Position numbers and translations under genes: made by a program. Positions 16,631 to 25,933 of a stretch of DNA of 64,000 nt are shown here, piece by piece (positions within the stretch are counted from its first letter, which is position 1; each line of letters starts with the position of its first letter). Under the pieces are notes generated by a model. It was not told the origin of the DNA and did no database searches. It saw only the letters and a list, made by a program, of their open reading frames with translations. This DNA comes from an uncultured Gammaproteobacteria bacterium. Lineage in GTDB: Bacteria; Pseudomonadota; Gammaproteobacteria; Steroidobacterales; Rariloculaceae. Location of the stretch: assembly GCA_963702105.1 (NCBI GenBank), contig OY969712.1:4617971-4681970 (forward strand), written 5' to 3'.

Positions 16631-18821
16631 GCGTTCCACCCGCGGCGCGGCGGACGTGCTCCTCCAGCGAGGGCGCCGCGTGCAGTCCCGTGACCGCGAG
16701 GATCTCGTGCTCGTCGAGCGTCTCGCGCTCGAGCAGGGCGGCGACGAGCGCATCGAGCGCGTCGCGGTGCGCCTCGAGCAGACGGCAGGCCTCGGTGTGG
16801 CTCTCGGAGATAATGCGGTGCACCTCGGCGTCGATGACGCGCGCCGTGGCCTCGCTGAACGGCTTGTCGCCCCCGTAACCACCTCGCGCGCCGAGGTAGG
16901 AATTCTGCTGCGGGGCGAGCTGCACGAGCCCGAGCTTCTCGCTCATGCCCCAGCGCGTGACCATGTTGCGGGCCAGCTCCGTGGCCTGGGAAATGTCGTT
17001 CTCGGCCCCCGTCGTGCGCGTGCCGTAGATGATCTCCTCGGCGGCCCGGCCGCCCAGCATGCCGACGATGCGTGCGCGCAGGTAAGCCTCGGGGTAGTTA
17101 TAGCGGTCGCTGTCCGGGCGTTGATACGTCACGCCGAGCGCCTGCCCGCGCGGCACGATCGTGACCCGATGCACGGGGTCGGCGCCCGGCACGAGCAGGC
17201 CGAGGATCGCATGGCCGCTCTCGTGGTAGGCGATGCGCGCGCGGTCTTCCTCCGAGAGCAGTAAGGGCCGCTCCGGACCGAGCACGATCTTCTCGAGCGC
17301 ATCGAGGAAGTCGCGCTGGTGCACGGCGCTCTCGTTGCGCCGCGCCGCGAGCAGCGCCGACTCGTTGACGAGATTGCGGATGTCTGCGCCCGAGAAGCCG
17401 GGCATCGACGCTGCGAGCTCGGCGAGGTTAACGTCGTCCGCGAGCGGCGTGTGCCGCGTATGGATCCTCAGGATCTCCTCGCGGCCCTTCTTGTCGGGCA
17501 GGTTCACGACGACGCGCCGGTCGAACCTTCCGGGCCGGAGCAGCGCGCGGTCGAGCACGTCGGGCTGATTCGTGGCCGCAAGCACGATAATGCCCTCGCG
17601 GCCCGAGAACCCGTCCATCTCCGTGAGGATCTGATTGAGCGTCTGCTCCTGCTCGCTCGACGCGCCGCCGGTCAAGATGCCGGCCCGCGCACGCCCGATC
17701 GCGTCGAGCTCGTCGATGAAGATGATGGCCCGCCCGCTGTCGCGCGCCTGCTTGAAGAGATCCCGCACGCGCGCGGCGCCGACGCCGACGATCATTTCGA
17801 CGAACTCGGCTGCGCTCATGGAGAAGAACGGCACGCCTGCCTCGCCCGCGACGGCGCGCGCGAGCAGCGTCTTGCCCGTGCCCGGAGCGCCGATGAGCAG
17901 CACGCCTTTCGGCGCCGACCCGCCGAGACGCGTGTACTTCTCGGGCGACTTCAGGAAATCGACGATCTCGACGAGCTCATTCTCGACTTCGTCTATGCCG
18001 GCAACGTCGTCGAACGTCACGCGCGTATCGCGCTCCACGTCGTAGCGCTTGGCCTTGCTGCGGCCGATGCCCATGAGCCCGCCGCCGCCGAGACCGCCGC
18101 CCTTGCCGGCGCGCCGGAACATCCAGACGTAGAACGCGATGATCAGGATGGCCGGGCCGAAGCCGAAGATCAGGAGACTCCAGCCGGAGCTTTGGTTCAT
18201 GGGCTGCGCGCTGATCTGCACGTTGTGGTCGAGGAGCAGCGCTTCCAAGTCCGGCCCGACGAAGCTCGGGATCGTCGTCTTGAACGTGAGCCCGGTGCGG
18301 GGCTGCGCACTTTTGCCGAAGGCGGCGGCGGCAGGCGCCTGCGGCGCGGCCGACCGCTGCGTTGCGGGGGCGTTGGCGTTGGCGCCACCGTTGGCGTTGC
18401 GGTTGGCGCCGCCGTCGGCAGGGGTGTTGGCGCCGCCGTTGGCCTTGGCAGCGGCATTGGGCGCGGCACCGGCGCTGCCGCCGGCGCTCGCGGCCGGCCG
18501 CGGCAGCGGGTAAGTGACGGGCTGGATGAACCGGCCCTCGATGTTCTGGCCTTCGTTGTAGATCGAGGCGACGTTGTTCGCCGTCACCTGCGCCCGGAAG
18601 ACCGTGTAGGGCACGGTCAGCGCGGCGTTGTGGCCGGGGAAGAGCCAACGCACGAGCAGGAAATTTACGAAGAGGATGAGCAGGAACCACAGCCACGTAT
18701 TACGCGGCGGCATGCCGGGCTTACCCGCGCCGCCGGAGGTTCTGCCCGAGTTGCCGGGCGCGGACGGGCGGTCGCCGCCTGCCCGCCGATCCGGCGAGTT
18801 CTGGTCTTTTCTCGATATCAT
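16626..18821 (-). CDS. ftsH: ATP-dependent zinc metalloprotease FtsH
   Basis: ORF 16626..18896; ATG 18821 (MISRKDQ..) preferred. Walker A GAPGTGKT, second region of homology, HESGHA zinc site. Unusually long low-complexity periplasmic loop. Confidence 0.9.
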   Translation of the reverse strand: MISRKDQNSPDRRAGGDRPSAPGNSGRTSGGAGKPGMPPRNTWLWFLLILFVNFLLVRWLFPGHNAALTVPYTVFRAQVTANNVASIYNEGQNIEGRFIQPVTYPLPRPAASAGGSAGAAPNAAAKANGGANTPADGGANRNANGGANANAPATQRSAAPQAPAAAAFGKSAQPRTGLTFKTTIPSFVGPDLEALLLDHNVQISAQPMNQSSGWSLLIFGFGPAILIIAFYVWMFRRAGKGGGLGGGGLMGIGRSKAKRYDVERDTRVTFDDVAGIDEVENELVEIVDFLKSPEKYTRLGGSAPKGVLLIGAPGTGKTLLARAVAGEAGVPFFSMSAAEFVEMIVGVGAARVRDLFKQARDSGRAIIFIDELDAIGRARAGILTGGASSEQEQTLNQILTEMDGFSGREGIIVLAATNQPDVLDRALLRPGRFDRRVVVNLPDKKGREEILRIHTRHTPLADDVNLAELAASMPGFSGADIRNLVNESALLAARRNESAVHQRDFLDALEKIVLGPERPLLLSEEDRARIAYHESGHAILGLLVPGADPVHRVTIVPRGQALGVTYQRPDSDRYNYPEAYLRARIVGMLGGRAAEEIIYGTRTTGAENDISQATELARNMVTRWGMSEKLGLVQLAPQQNSYLGARGGYGGDKPFSEATARVIDAEVHRIISESHTEACRLLEAHRDALDALVAALLERETLDEHEILAVTGLHAAPSLEEHVRRAAGGTL

Positions 18822-18894
18822 CCGTGGTTCTTTTCTCGGACCCAACGGCCCTGACCGCAGTCGCGTGATTAGAACAGGCAAGAATCGTACCGGC

Positions 18895-19350
18895 ATGGTC
18901 CGGCCGCCCGGCCGGCGGCAAGCGGATAAATTGGGCGGGTGTGAGGTTCATCCGCGAGCACTGACGCGCGGGAAACTGACGGCCGGGACGAAGACCTTCG
19001 CACTTTTGTGCTTGCCGCCTCTGGCCGCCGCGATGCTCGCGGGCTGCGCCGCGACCGACCGTACCGTCTCGGCGGCGTGGTTCGCTTGTGAGGCGAGCGC
19101 GGAATGCACTTTGGTGAGGGACCGCGATTGCGACTTCGTGCCCATCAACGCGCAGCACGCGAAAGCGTTTCTGGCTGCGACGCTGCCGCGTCGGCGGCGG
19201 CGCAGAAAGCACTGCTCGCCGAGCTCCGTCGCCGACGACTACCTGCCGATCTGCGAGGCTGCGCGGTGCTCCGCGCAGCCCATCCGAGCGCGGCCGGATC
19301 CGGATTCGAACCCGCTCGCCGCCGCGCTGCGCGCGGGCGCACCGGATTAG
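18895..19350 (+). CDS. putative Cys-rich lipoprotein (hypothetical)
   Basis: Tail of ORF 18628..19350. ..FALLCLPPLAAAMLAGC.. looks like a lipobox signal peptide. The start codon is uncertain, and I recognised no homology. Confidence 0.3.
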   Translation: MVRPPGRRQADKLGGCEVHPRALTRGKLTAGTKTFALLCLPPLAAAMLAGCAATDRTVSAAWFACEASAECTLVRDRDCDFVPINAQHAKAFLAATLPRRRRRRKHCSPSSVADDYLPICEAARCSAQPIRARPDPDSNPLAAALRAGAPD

Positions 19351-20561
19351 GGCGCCGGGCCGGTGTAGACGGCGCGCGGCCGGATCAAGGCGCGCTCGCG
19401 CATCTGCTCGCGCGCGTGGGCGGCCCAGCCGATGCTGCGGCCGACCGCGAACAGCCCGATTCCGGCATAGGGCGGCAGCGCGAGGACCTTCGCGAGCACG
19501 GCCAGCGCGTAGTCCACGTTCGGATGAACGCCGACCGCCTCCTTGACGTAGGCCGGGACGCTGCGCGTCAGCAGCGTCTCGCCGAGCCGGGTTTCGATGG
19601 CTTCGAGCAGCATCGCGGCGCGCGGGTCGCCGTCTCGATAGATCGCGTGGCCGAAGCCGGCCAAGCGCTCGCCGGCCTCGGCCTGCTCGCGAATGCGCGC
19701 CATGGCGTCGCCCCGCGTCAGGCGCTCGAGCTGCCGGGCCGCGCGCGTCGTGGCGCCGCCGTGCAGCGGACCTTTGAGCGCCGCCAGGGCGGCGACCGTT
19801 CCTTCGTATAGGTTTGCGCCCGTCGAGACGGCGCAACGCAGTGTGAACGTCGAGGCGTTGAGCTCATGGTCGGCCATGAGAACCAGCGCGATTCGGACCA
19901 GGTCCCGGCCCTCCGGGCCGAGCGCCCATGCTTCGGCCAGCTGCGCATGGATGGGAGCCGGCGAAATCGGCCCGGCACCCACGATGGCGGCCAGCAGGCG
20001 GGTGATACGCGCGGCTGCGAGCGCGAGCCCGTGGTCTGTCTTGTTGAACGCCGCATCGTCACTGGCGCCCGCGAGCGCGAGCGCAGCCATGGATGTGTCG
20101 ATCGGATGCGCGCTCGGGGCGGCCGCGGCGACGGCGCGCACGAGGTCGGCGGCCTGCGGCAGGTTCTCCGGGGCAAACGCGTCGTAGTCCGCGGTCTGCC
20201 ACAGCAGGCCGGCCGCCGTCTCGAGCGTCGCGTGGCGCGCGAGCTCCGTCGCCTCGACGCCCCGGTAATACAGCCGCCCGTCGGCGATGAGCGAGAGCCC
20301 CGAGGTCAGCACGGGCTGCCCGAGCAGGCCCGGGTAGCGGGCGGGCCTCTCGCCGCCCGCCGGCGGCGCGCGCCGCTCGCGCAGCGCCCTCACGTCCTCG
20401 GCCCGGTAGCGTTTCGCGCGCTCGCCCGGAATGGGCTCGGAGCGCACGAGGCCGCGGCTCACATACGCATAGAGCGTCGCAGGCGAGACGCCGAGCTCGG
20501 CCGCGGCCTCGCGGGCGGAAAGATAGGGCGTCGCCTCGGGCACCGGAGTCGCGGATTTCAT
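19347..20561 (-). CDS. HTH (MerR/excisionase-type) domain fused to a citrate synthase-like domain
   Basis: ATG 20561 (MKSATP..). N-terminal ..YLSAREAAAELGVSPATLYAYVSRGLV..RYRAEDVRAL... Then GPLHGGA, GFGHAIYRDGDPRA and HPNVDYA (citrate synthase His/His/Asp positions retained). Confidence 0.75.
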   Translation of the reverse strand: MKSATPVPEATPYLSAREAAAELGVSPATLYAYVSRGLVRSEPIPGERAKRYRAEDVRALRERRAPPAGGERPARYPGLLGQPVLTSGLSLIADGRLYYRGVEATELARHATLETAAGLLWQTADYDAFAPENLPQAADLVRAVAAAAPSAHPIDTSMAALALAGASDDAAFNKTDHGLALAAARITRLLAAIVGAGPISPAPIHAQLAEAWALGPEGRDLVRIALVLMADHELNASTFTLRCAVSTGANLYEGTVAALAALKGPLHGGATTRAARQLERLTRGDAMARIREQAEAGERLAGFGHAIYRDGDPRAAMLLEAIETRLGETLLTRSVPAYVKEAVGVHPNVDYALAVLAKVLALPPYAGIGLFAVGRSIGWAAHAREQMRERALIRPRAVYTGPAP

Positions 20562-20573
20562 ATTGACTAGCTT

Positions 20574-20587
20574 AATCAAGATTGATT
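20574..20587. promoter_or_regulatory. AT-rich inverted repeat AATCAA-GA-TTGATT in the divergent citrate-synthase spacer (candidate operator)
   Basis: Perfect 6-bp arms centred in the 83-bp spacer 20562..20644, the most AT-rich stretch locally. Flanked by TTGACT (20563..20568). Confidence 0.4.
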
Positions 20588-20644
20588 GGACATGGAACCG
20601 GCCTCAGACTGTCGGCCCCGGAGACGAGATTCGGAGGGAAGCAG

Positions 20645-21745
20645 ATGAGCAAGGACAATGATCGGGTCGTCGCGGCCGGCCTCGAGGGCGTCGCGGCGGC
20701 GGAGACCGCGCTCAGCGACGTAGACGGCGCCGCCGGCCGGCTCATTCTGTGCGGCGAGGACCTTGCGACGTTCGCGGCTCGACACGATTTCGAAAGTGCG
20801 GCAGCCGCGTTCTGGGGCGCGGCGGAAGCCCGCGCGCCGGTTTCGGCCGACGCCGTTCGCACCGCGCTCGGCGAGGCTCGGGAGGCGGCGTTCGCACGCT
20901 TCGAGACGCTGGCCGCCGCGGCCCGCGGACTCACGCTTTCGGAAGGCCTGCGCCTCGGCCTCGCCGCGCTGCACGCCGGCGGCTCCGAAGCGCGCTTCGC
21001 CGTGACGGGCGCCGTCCCCGTGCTCGTCGCGAACCTCGCGAGGCTTACGCAGGGCTTGCCTCCCGTCGCCCCGCGCCGCACCTCGGGGCACGTCGCCGAC
21101 TTCCTGCGGATGCTGGGCGACGCGGAGCCGGATGCGGCCTCGGTCGAGGCGCTAACGAGCTATCTGCTCACGGTCATGGACCACGGCATGAACGCTTCGA
21201 CCTTCACGGCGCGCGTCATTGCCTCGACGCGCGCCGATCTCATCTCGGCCGCCGTCGGCGCCTACGCCGCGCTGACGGGGCCGCTGCACGGCGGTGCGCC
21301 CGAACCCGTGCTCGAAATGCTCGACGCGATCGGGCGACCCGAGCGCGCAAGCGCGTGGATCGAAGCGGCGCTCACGCGCGGCGAGCGCATCATGGGTTTC
21401 GGCCACCGCGTCTACCGCGTCAGGGACCCGCGCGCGGACGTGCTCAAGGGCGTTCTCGAGAAGCTCGGCGATGCCGACGGCCGGCTCGCGCTCGGCCGCG
21501 CCGTCGAGGCGGCCGCGCTGGAAGCGCTGCGGCGGCACAAGCCGGAGCGCAAGCTCGAGACGAACGTCGAGTTCTACACGGCCATGCTGCTCGACGCGCT
21601 CGGCATGCCGCGCGCCGCCTTCACGCCGATCTTCGCGATGGGCCGCGTCGTCGGCTGGCTCGCCCATGCGATGGAGCAGCAGCGAACCGGAAGGTTGATC
21701 CGCCCGGCATCGGTCTACACGGGGGCGCGTCCGCTCGCGGCGTGA
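20645..21745 (+). CDS. citrate synthase / 2-methylcitrate synthase family protein
   Basis: ATG 20645 preceded by GGAGGG. GPLHGGAPE, GFGHRVYRVRDPRA. NVEFYTA carries Glu where citrate synthases normally have the catalytic Asp. Confidence 0.8.
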   Translation: MSKDNDRVVAAGLEGVAAAETALSDVDGAAGRLILCGEDLATFAARHDFESAAAAFWGAAEARAPVSADAVRTALGEAREAAFARFETLAAAARGLTLSEGLRLGLAALHAGGSEARFAVTGAVPVLVANLARLTQGLPPVAPRRTSGHVADFLRMLGDAEPDAASVEALTSYLLTVMDHGMNASTFTARVIASTRADLISAAVGAYAALTGPLHGGAPEPVLEMLDAIGRPERASAWIEAALTRGERIMGFGHRVYRVRDPRADVLKGVLEKLGDADGRLALGRAVEAAALEALRRHKPERKLETNVEFYTAMLLDALGMPRAAFTPIFAMGRVVGWLAHAMEQQRTGRLIRPASVYTGARPLAA

Positions 21746-21783
21746 GGCGGGCGCTGATTGCGGAATCTCCCTATTCAATCGGC

Positions 21784-21816
21784 GGCTTCGCGGCCCGAAA
21801 ATAGGGCCGCGAAGCC
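21784..21816 (+). terminator. perfect 13-bp-stem hairpin between citrate synthase and GST genes
   Basis: GGCTTCGCGGCCC-GAAAATA-GGGCCGCGAAGCC. It lies 39 nt after the citrate synthase stop and ends 1 nt before the GST ATG (21818). Could be a terminator or a translational occluder. Confidence 0.45.
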
Positions 21817-21817
21817 G

Positions 21818-22645
21818 ATGGCCACGAACAACCGCATCACGCTTTACGATCTACAGCTCGCCTCCGGCTGCACGATAAGCCCTTTCGTCTGGGCGACGAA
21901 ATACGCGCTCGCTCACAAGGGCTTCGATGTGGACACCGTGCCCGGAGGCTTTACTGGGATTTTCGAGCGCACGGGCGGCCGCTCCGAGCGGCTGCCCGTG
22001 ATCGTAGACGACGGCGAATGGGTGCTCGACAGCTGGCGGATCGCCGAATACCTCGACGAGAAGTACCCGGAGCGGCCGACGCTGATCGGCGATCCCTGCG
22101 TGGCGGTGCTGACAAAGTTCCTCGAGGGCTGGCTCTGGCGCACGGCCGTCTCGCCCTGGTTCCGCTGCTTCATCGTGGACTACCGGGATCTCTCGCTGCC
22201 CGAGGATCACGACTACGTCATGCGCTCGCGCGAGAACATGCTCGGCGCGAGGCTCGAGGAGGTGCAGGCCGGCCGCGAAGACCGGCTCCCGCTCGTGCCG
22301 CCCGCGCTCGAACCGTTCCGGCAACTGCTTCGGGAGAACGCGTGGCTCGGCGGCGCCAAGCCCAACTACGCCGACTACCGGGCGCTCGGGCAGTTTCTCT
22401 GGGCCGCGTCCGTCGCGACGACGCCGCCTCTTCCGGAGGACGACCCGCTGCGCGACTGGCTCGACCGCGGCTTCGACCTGTACGGAGGTCTCGGTCGCCA
22501 CCCCGGCATGCACACGCTGTTCGGGTTGAAGCGCCGGGCCGGGGACCCTGCACCCTTCAGCAAGGCGGCACCCGCAGGCGGGCTCGCGAGCCGCAATACG
22601 GGGCCGAGGTCGACGCGTGCCGAGACGCAGCGGATAAGCCAGTGA
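21818..22645 (+). CDS. glutathione S-transferase family protein
   Basis: ORF 21758..22645; ATG 21818 (MATNNRITLYDL..). N-terminal thioredoxin-like ..SPFVWATKYALAHKG.. and ..LPVIVDDGEWVLDSWRIAEYL... Confidence 0.7.
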   Translation: MATNNRITLYDLQLASGCTISPFVWATKYALAHKGFDVDTVPGGFTGIFERTGGRSERLPVIVDDGEWVLDSWRIAEYLDEKYPERPTLIGDPCVAVLTKFLEGWLWRTAVSPWFRCFIVDYRDLSLPEDHDYVMRSRENMLGARLEEVQAGREDRLPLVPPALEPFRQLLRENAWLGGAKPNYADYRALGQFLWAASVATTPPLPEDDPLRDWLDRGFDLYGGLGRHPGMHTLFGLKRRAGDPAPFSKAAPAGGLASRNTGPRSTRAETQRISQ

Positions 22646-22670
22646 CAGACCGTAAGCCAGTGACGGACCG
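22635..22670. repeat. 18-bp tandem duplication (17/18 identical) spanning the GST stop codon
   Basis: TAAGCCAGTGACAGACCG (22635..22652) and TAAGCCAGTGACGGACCG (22653..22670). TGA 22643..22645 is in copy 1, and an in-frame TGA recurs in copy 2. A partial GTAAGCCA copy sits at 22703..22710, touching the next ATG. Confidence 0.85.
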
Positions 22671-22709
22671 CGTTTTGTTCTACTCCGTGGAATCGCTATC
22701 CTGTAAGCC

Positions 22710-23894
22710 ATGCTGAACCATCCACTCATCTCCTGCGACGATCATCTCGACCTGAACACGCTGCCCGCGGACCTGTGGACGAGCCGCCTGCCGAGCTCGA
22801 TGCGGGGCCGCGCGCCCCACGTCGAGGAGCGCGACGGCCGCGCGTTCTGGATCTGCGAGGGCGAGAATTGGGGCGCATGGTGGGGCGCGGGCTCGGGCCC
22901 CAAGGGCCCGAAGCCCGTATTTACCGCGCTCGACCGCGGCGGCATCAGCGACTTCAGCGAGCGGCGCCCGGGCGTGCCCGAGCTGCGGCTCGAGGACATG
23001 GACCGCGACGGCGTGCACGCGCAGGTCATCTTCGGCCCCGTCACCTCGATCAAGAGCGGCGACACGGCGTTTCGGGACGCGTGCTACCGGGTCTACAACG
23101 AGTGGCTCGAGGAGTACTGCGCGGTCGCACCCGACCGGTTCCTGGGCGTGCCGATGCTGCCGCCCACGCCCGAGTCCGCGCTCGAAGAGATGCGCCGGCT
23201 CGCCGACAAAGGCGCGTTCAAGCAGGCCAACCTGCAGATCGCCGTCACGGACCCGCCCATTCGCGATCCGCGCTGGGAGCCGCTGCTCGAGCTCATGGAG
23301 AGCACCGGCACGGTCCTCGCCTTCCACGTCACCGTCTTCGCAAAGTCGCTGCTCGCGTTCGATCCGCTCAAGGGCAGCCCCGGCGCGACGTTCCTGCACG
23401 CCAAGAGCTTCGTCGAGCAGTTCCTCGATCCGTTCGTGGATCTGTTCGCCTACGGTATTCTCGAGCGGCATCCCGGGCTCAAGTTCGTCATGGCCGAATC
23501 CGGCGCGGGCTGGCTGCCCTGGCTCGTCGAGGAGCTCGACTACCGCCATTGGCGGCTTTGGGAGGCCGAGGAGTACTGGCGCGACAAGGGCGGCATTCCG
23601 CTCGCGCACAAGCCCTCGGAGCTCTTCAAGCGGCAGATCTACACGACGTTCCAGCAGAGCCCCGTCACGATGCGGCTGCTCGAGTTCTATGGCGACAACC
23701 TGCTGTGGGCGTCGGATTACCCGCATCCGGACAGCATCTGGCCGAACTCGCGCCGCACGATCCAAGAGACGATGGGGCATTTGCCGGTCGAGACGGTCCG
23801 CAAGATCACGTACGAGAATGCGGCGAAGCTCTACGGCCTCGACGCGGGGGGCGCCGGGCGGCGGGCGGGCGCGCAGGCGCGGACGGGGGCATAG
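22710..23894 (+). CDS. amidohydrolase-2 (ACMSD-like) family metal-dependent hydrolase/decarboxylase
   Basis: 394 aa. ..ISCDDHLDL.. N-terminal metal motif and ..LLWASDYPHPDS.. C-terminal motif. Confidence 0.75.
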   Translation: MLNHPLISCDDHLDLNTLPADLWTSRLPSSMRGRAPHVEERDGRAFWICEGENWGAWWGAGSGPKGPKPVFTALDRGGISDFSERRPGVPELRLEDMDRDGVHAQVIFGPVTSIKSGDTAFRDACYRVYNEWLEEYCAVAPDRFLGVPMLPPTPESALEEMRRLADKGAFKQANLQIAVTDPPIRDPRWEPLLELMESTGTVLAFHVTVFAKSLLAFDPLKGSPGATFLHAKSFVEQFLDPFVDLFAYGILERHPGLKFVMAESGAGWLPWLVEELDYRHWRLWEAEEYWRDKGGIPLAHKPSELFKRQIYTTFQQSPVTMRLLEFYGDNLLWASDYPHPDSIWPNSRRTIQETMGHLPVETVRKITYENAAKLYGLDAGGAGRRAGAQARTGA

Positions 23895-23943
23895 TCCTCC
23901 GTCGGCGCGCGGGCTCGGGCGTACCTCCTCGCGCCCACCTCTT

Positions 23944-24660
23944 ATGAAGCGCGTCTTTCTCGCGGGCGCCAGCGGCGTCATCGGGCGCAGGCTCCTACCC
24001 CTGCTGGCGGCTGATGGATGGGTCGTGTTCGGCACGACTCGGTCGGCGGCCAACGCGGACGATCTCCGCGCCTTGGGCGCGACGCCCGTCGTCGTCGACG
24101 TTTTCGATGCGCCCGCGCTCGAACGCGCCTTGGCCGACGCGCGCCCGCAAGTCGTCGTCCATCAACTTACCGATCTGCCGGACGGCCTGGACCCTGCGCG
24201 AATCGCCGAGGCGCTCCCGCGCAACGCCCGCATCCGCGACCTCGGCACGCGCAATCTCGTCGCCGCCGCCGTCGCTGCCGGAGCGCGGCGGCTCGTCGCG
24301 CAGAGCATCGCGTTCGCGTACGCACCGGGCGAGAAGCCCTATCGCGAGGACGCGCCGCTCAACGTCCAGGCGGCGGGGACCGCCGGGATCACGGCGCGCG
24401 GGGTCGAGAGCCTGGAGCGGCAAGTGCTCGAGGCGCCGCTCGAAGCCATCGTGCTTCGGTACGGGCGGCTGTACGGGCCGGGGACGGGCGTCGCTCGGCC
24501 GCCCGAAGGCGGCCCGCTGCACGTCGATGCGGCGGCCCATGCAGCGCTGCTCGCGATGACTCGCGGGTCGCGGGGCGTTTACAACGTGGCCGAGGAGGAC
24601 GGCACGGTGGCGAGCGAGAAGGCGCGGGCGGAGCTCGGGTGGCGGTCCATCGAGTCATGA
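23944..24660 (+). CDS. NAD(P)-dependent oxidoreductase (epimerase/dehydratase-type SDR)
   Basis: ATG 23944 within ORF 23689..24660. MKRVFLAGASGVIGRRLL Rossmann motif. Confidence 0.7.
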   Translation: MKRVFLAGASGVIGRRLLPLLAADGWVVFGTTRSAANADDLRALGATPVVVDVFDAPALERALADARPQVVVHQLTDLPDGLDPARIAEALPRNARIRDLGTRNLVAAAVAAGARRLVAQSIAFAYAPGEKPYREDAPLNVQAAGTAGITARGVESLERQVLEAPLEAIVLRYGRLYGPGTGVARPPEGGPLHVDAAAHAALLAMTRGSRGVYNVAEEDGTVASEKARAELGWRSIES

Positions 24661-24684
24661 CCTGCGGGCCGCGGGCCGAAAGCG

Positions 24685-25743
24685 TCACGGCTTCCGGGGC
24701 GCGAGCGGGCGCGGCGCCGGCGGGGCCGCCGCGGGGCGGAACGGCGCGGGCCGGAGCGCGAAGTAGATTGGGGTCGGCGAGAGCCGGCCATCCTGGCCGT
24801 GGAAACGGACTCTTCCCGGCCATGCCGATGCGAGCTCGGTCCTGAGCCTCCGCGCGGTTTCGCTCCATGCCCTGCGATCCGCCCGCGAGTAGAAGCCGAT
24901 TGAGACGCCGCCGCCCGTCGAGGCGGCCCTGTAGCCTTGGTCGGCCCAGCGCACCTCATTGACCTCGATGTTCAGCACGTCCCGTCGGCAGAGGCTCAGG
25001 TACAGCAGCCGGCCATCCTGGCGGTCCGCGCTGTTGCCGCGAAAGAAATAGCCGTTGCGACGGCCGAAATCTGCGAAGAAGTGCACGAGCCGGGGCCACT
25101 CCTCGTGCCCGAGGTCGAGGTCCATGATGAGCCTTACTGGGCCGAAGCTCGCGGAGCCATGACAGGAAGTATCCTGCTTGGTCGTCGGCACCGAGAGCAC
25201 GCGCGCCGTCGCAAGGAGTGCGAGCGTGAACGCGAGGCCCGGCCGCAGCGCGTCCGACCCGCGGCGGGCGCCGCAGGGACCGGGTGGATCGCCGGCCCGC
25301 CGGGGCGCGCCGCCGACCCCATGCAGCACGAGACGGAATGCACCCGCGCCCGCGGCCCCGAGTATCCCGAGCTGAATCAGCGTCCGCAGATGTTCGAGCC
25401 AGCCGGCGGCCGTCGGGATGCCGGAGACGACGGTCGCGACACCGCCCGATGCCTTGTCGACGCCGATCGCCAGATCGGACAGCACGATGACGAGCGTGAT
25501 CGGCATCGCGCCCACGAAAAAACCGCCGGCGAGGCTCCACCAGAAGGACTCGCGGCGCGCCGCCCTTAGACCGAGATAAGCCGGGAGGCCCAGAAAAACC
25601 GCGTGGGCCAAGGCCACCGCGAAGACCCAGGATACGAGCCGCGGCCCGACCGCGAGGGCGAACAGACCCGCCACGGCGAGCGCCGCGCCGAGCAGCGCGC
25701 TCGCATAGCGGGCAAACACGATCGCGTCGTTGAGCGGCTGCAT
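24685..25743 (-). CDS. hypothetical polytopic membrane protein with C-terminal soluble domain
   Basis: 352 aa. About 6 hydrophobic helices in the first ~190 aa, then a soluble ~150-aa domain. No family recognised. Confidence 0.5.
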   Translation of the reverse strand: MQPLNDAIVFARYASALLGAALAVAGLFALAVGPRLVSWVFAVALAHAVFLGLPAYLGLRAARRESFWWSLAGGFFVGAMPITLVIVLSDLAIGVDKASGGVATVVSGIPTAAGWLEHLRTLIQLGILGAAGAGAFRLVLHGVGGAPRRAGDPPGPCGARRGSDALRPGLAFTLALLATARVLSVPTTKQDTSCHGSASFGPVRLIMDLDLGHEEWPRLVHFFADFGRRNGYFFRGNSADRQDGRLLYLSLCRRDVLNIEVNEVRWADQGYRAASTGGGVSIGFYSRADRRAWSETARRLRTELASAWPGRVRFHGQDGRLSPTPIYFALRPAPFRPAAAPPAPRPLAPRKP

Positions 25744-25933
25744 CAGGTCCGGCTCCTCGAAGGGTCGCTCGCGGACATCTTCTCACGTCGCTCCGTCCCG
25801 ATCACTTAGCGGTCCGAGCCCGCGCCGGACGGTCGCCGCAGCGCGATCCGCAGAGGGGATGCCTGCGGCTACCGCGCGAGCGCCGCCTGTGGCATACAGT
25901 ACGGCCCGAATTCGCGCGGCCGAGAACGACCCG

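Noticed and set aside
14694-22670. Whether the short tandem repeats (15, 35 and 18 bp) could be a CRISPR array or minisatellite.
   Set aside because: Each has only two adjacent copies and no spacers, the three units have unrelated sequences, and no cas genes are present.
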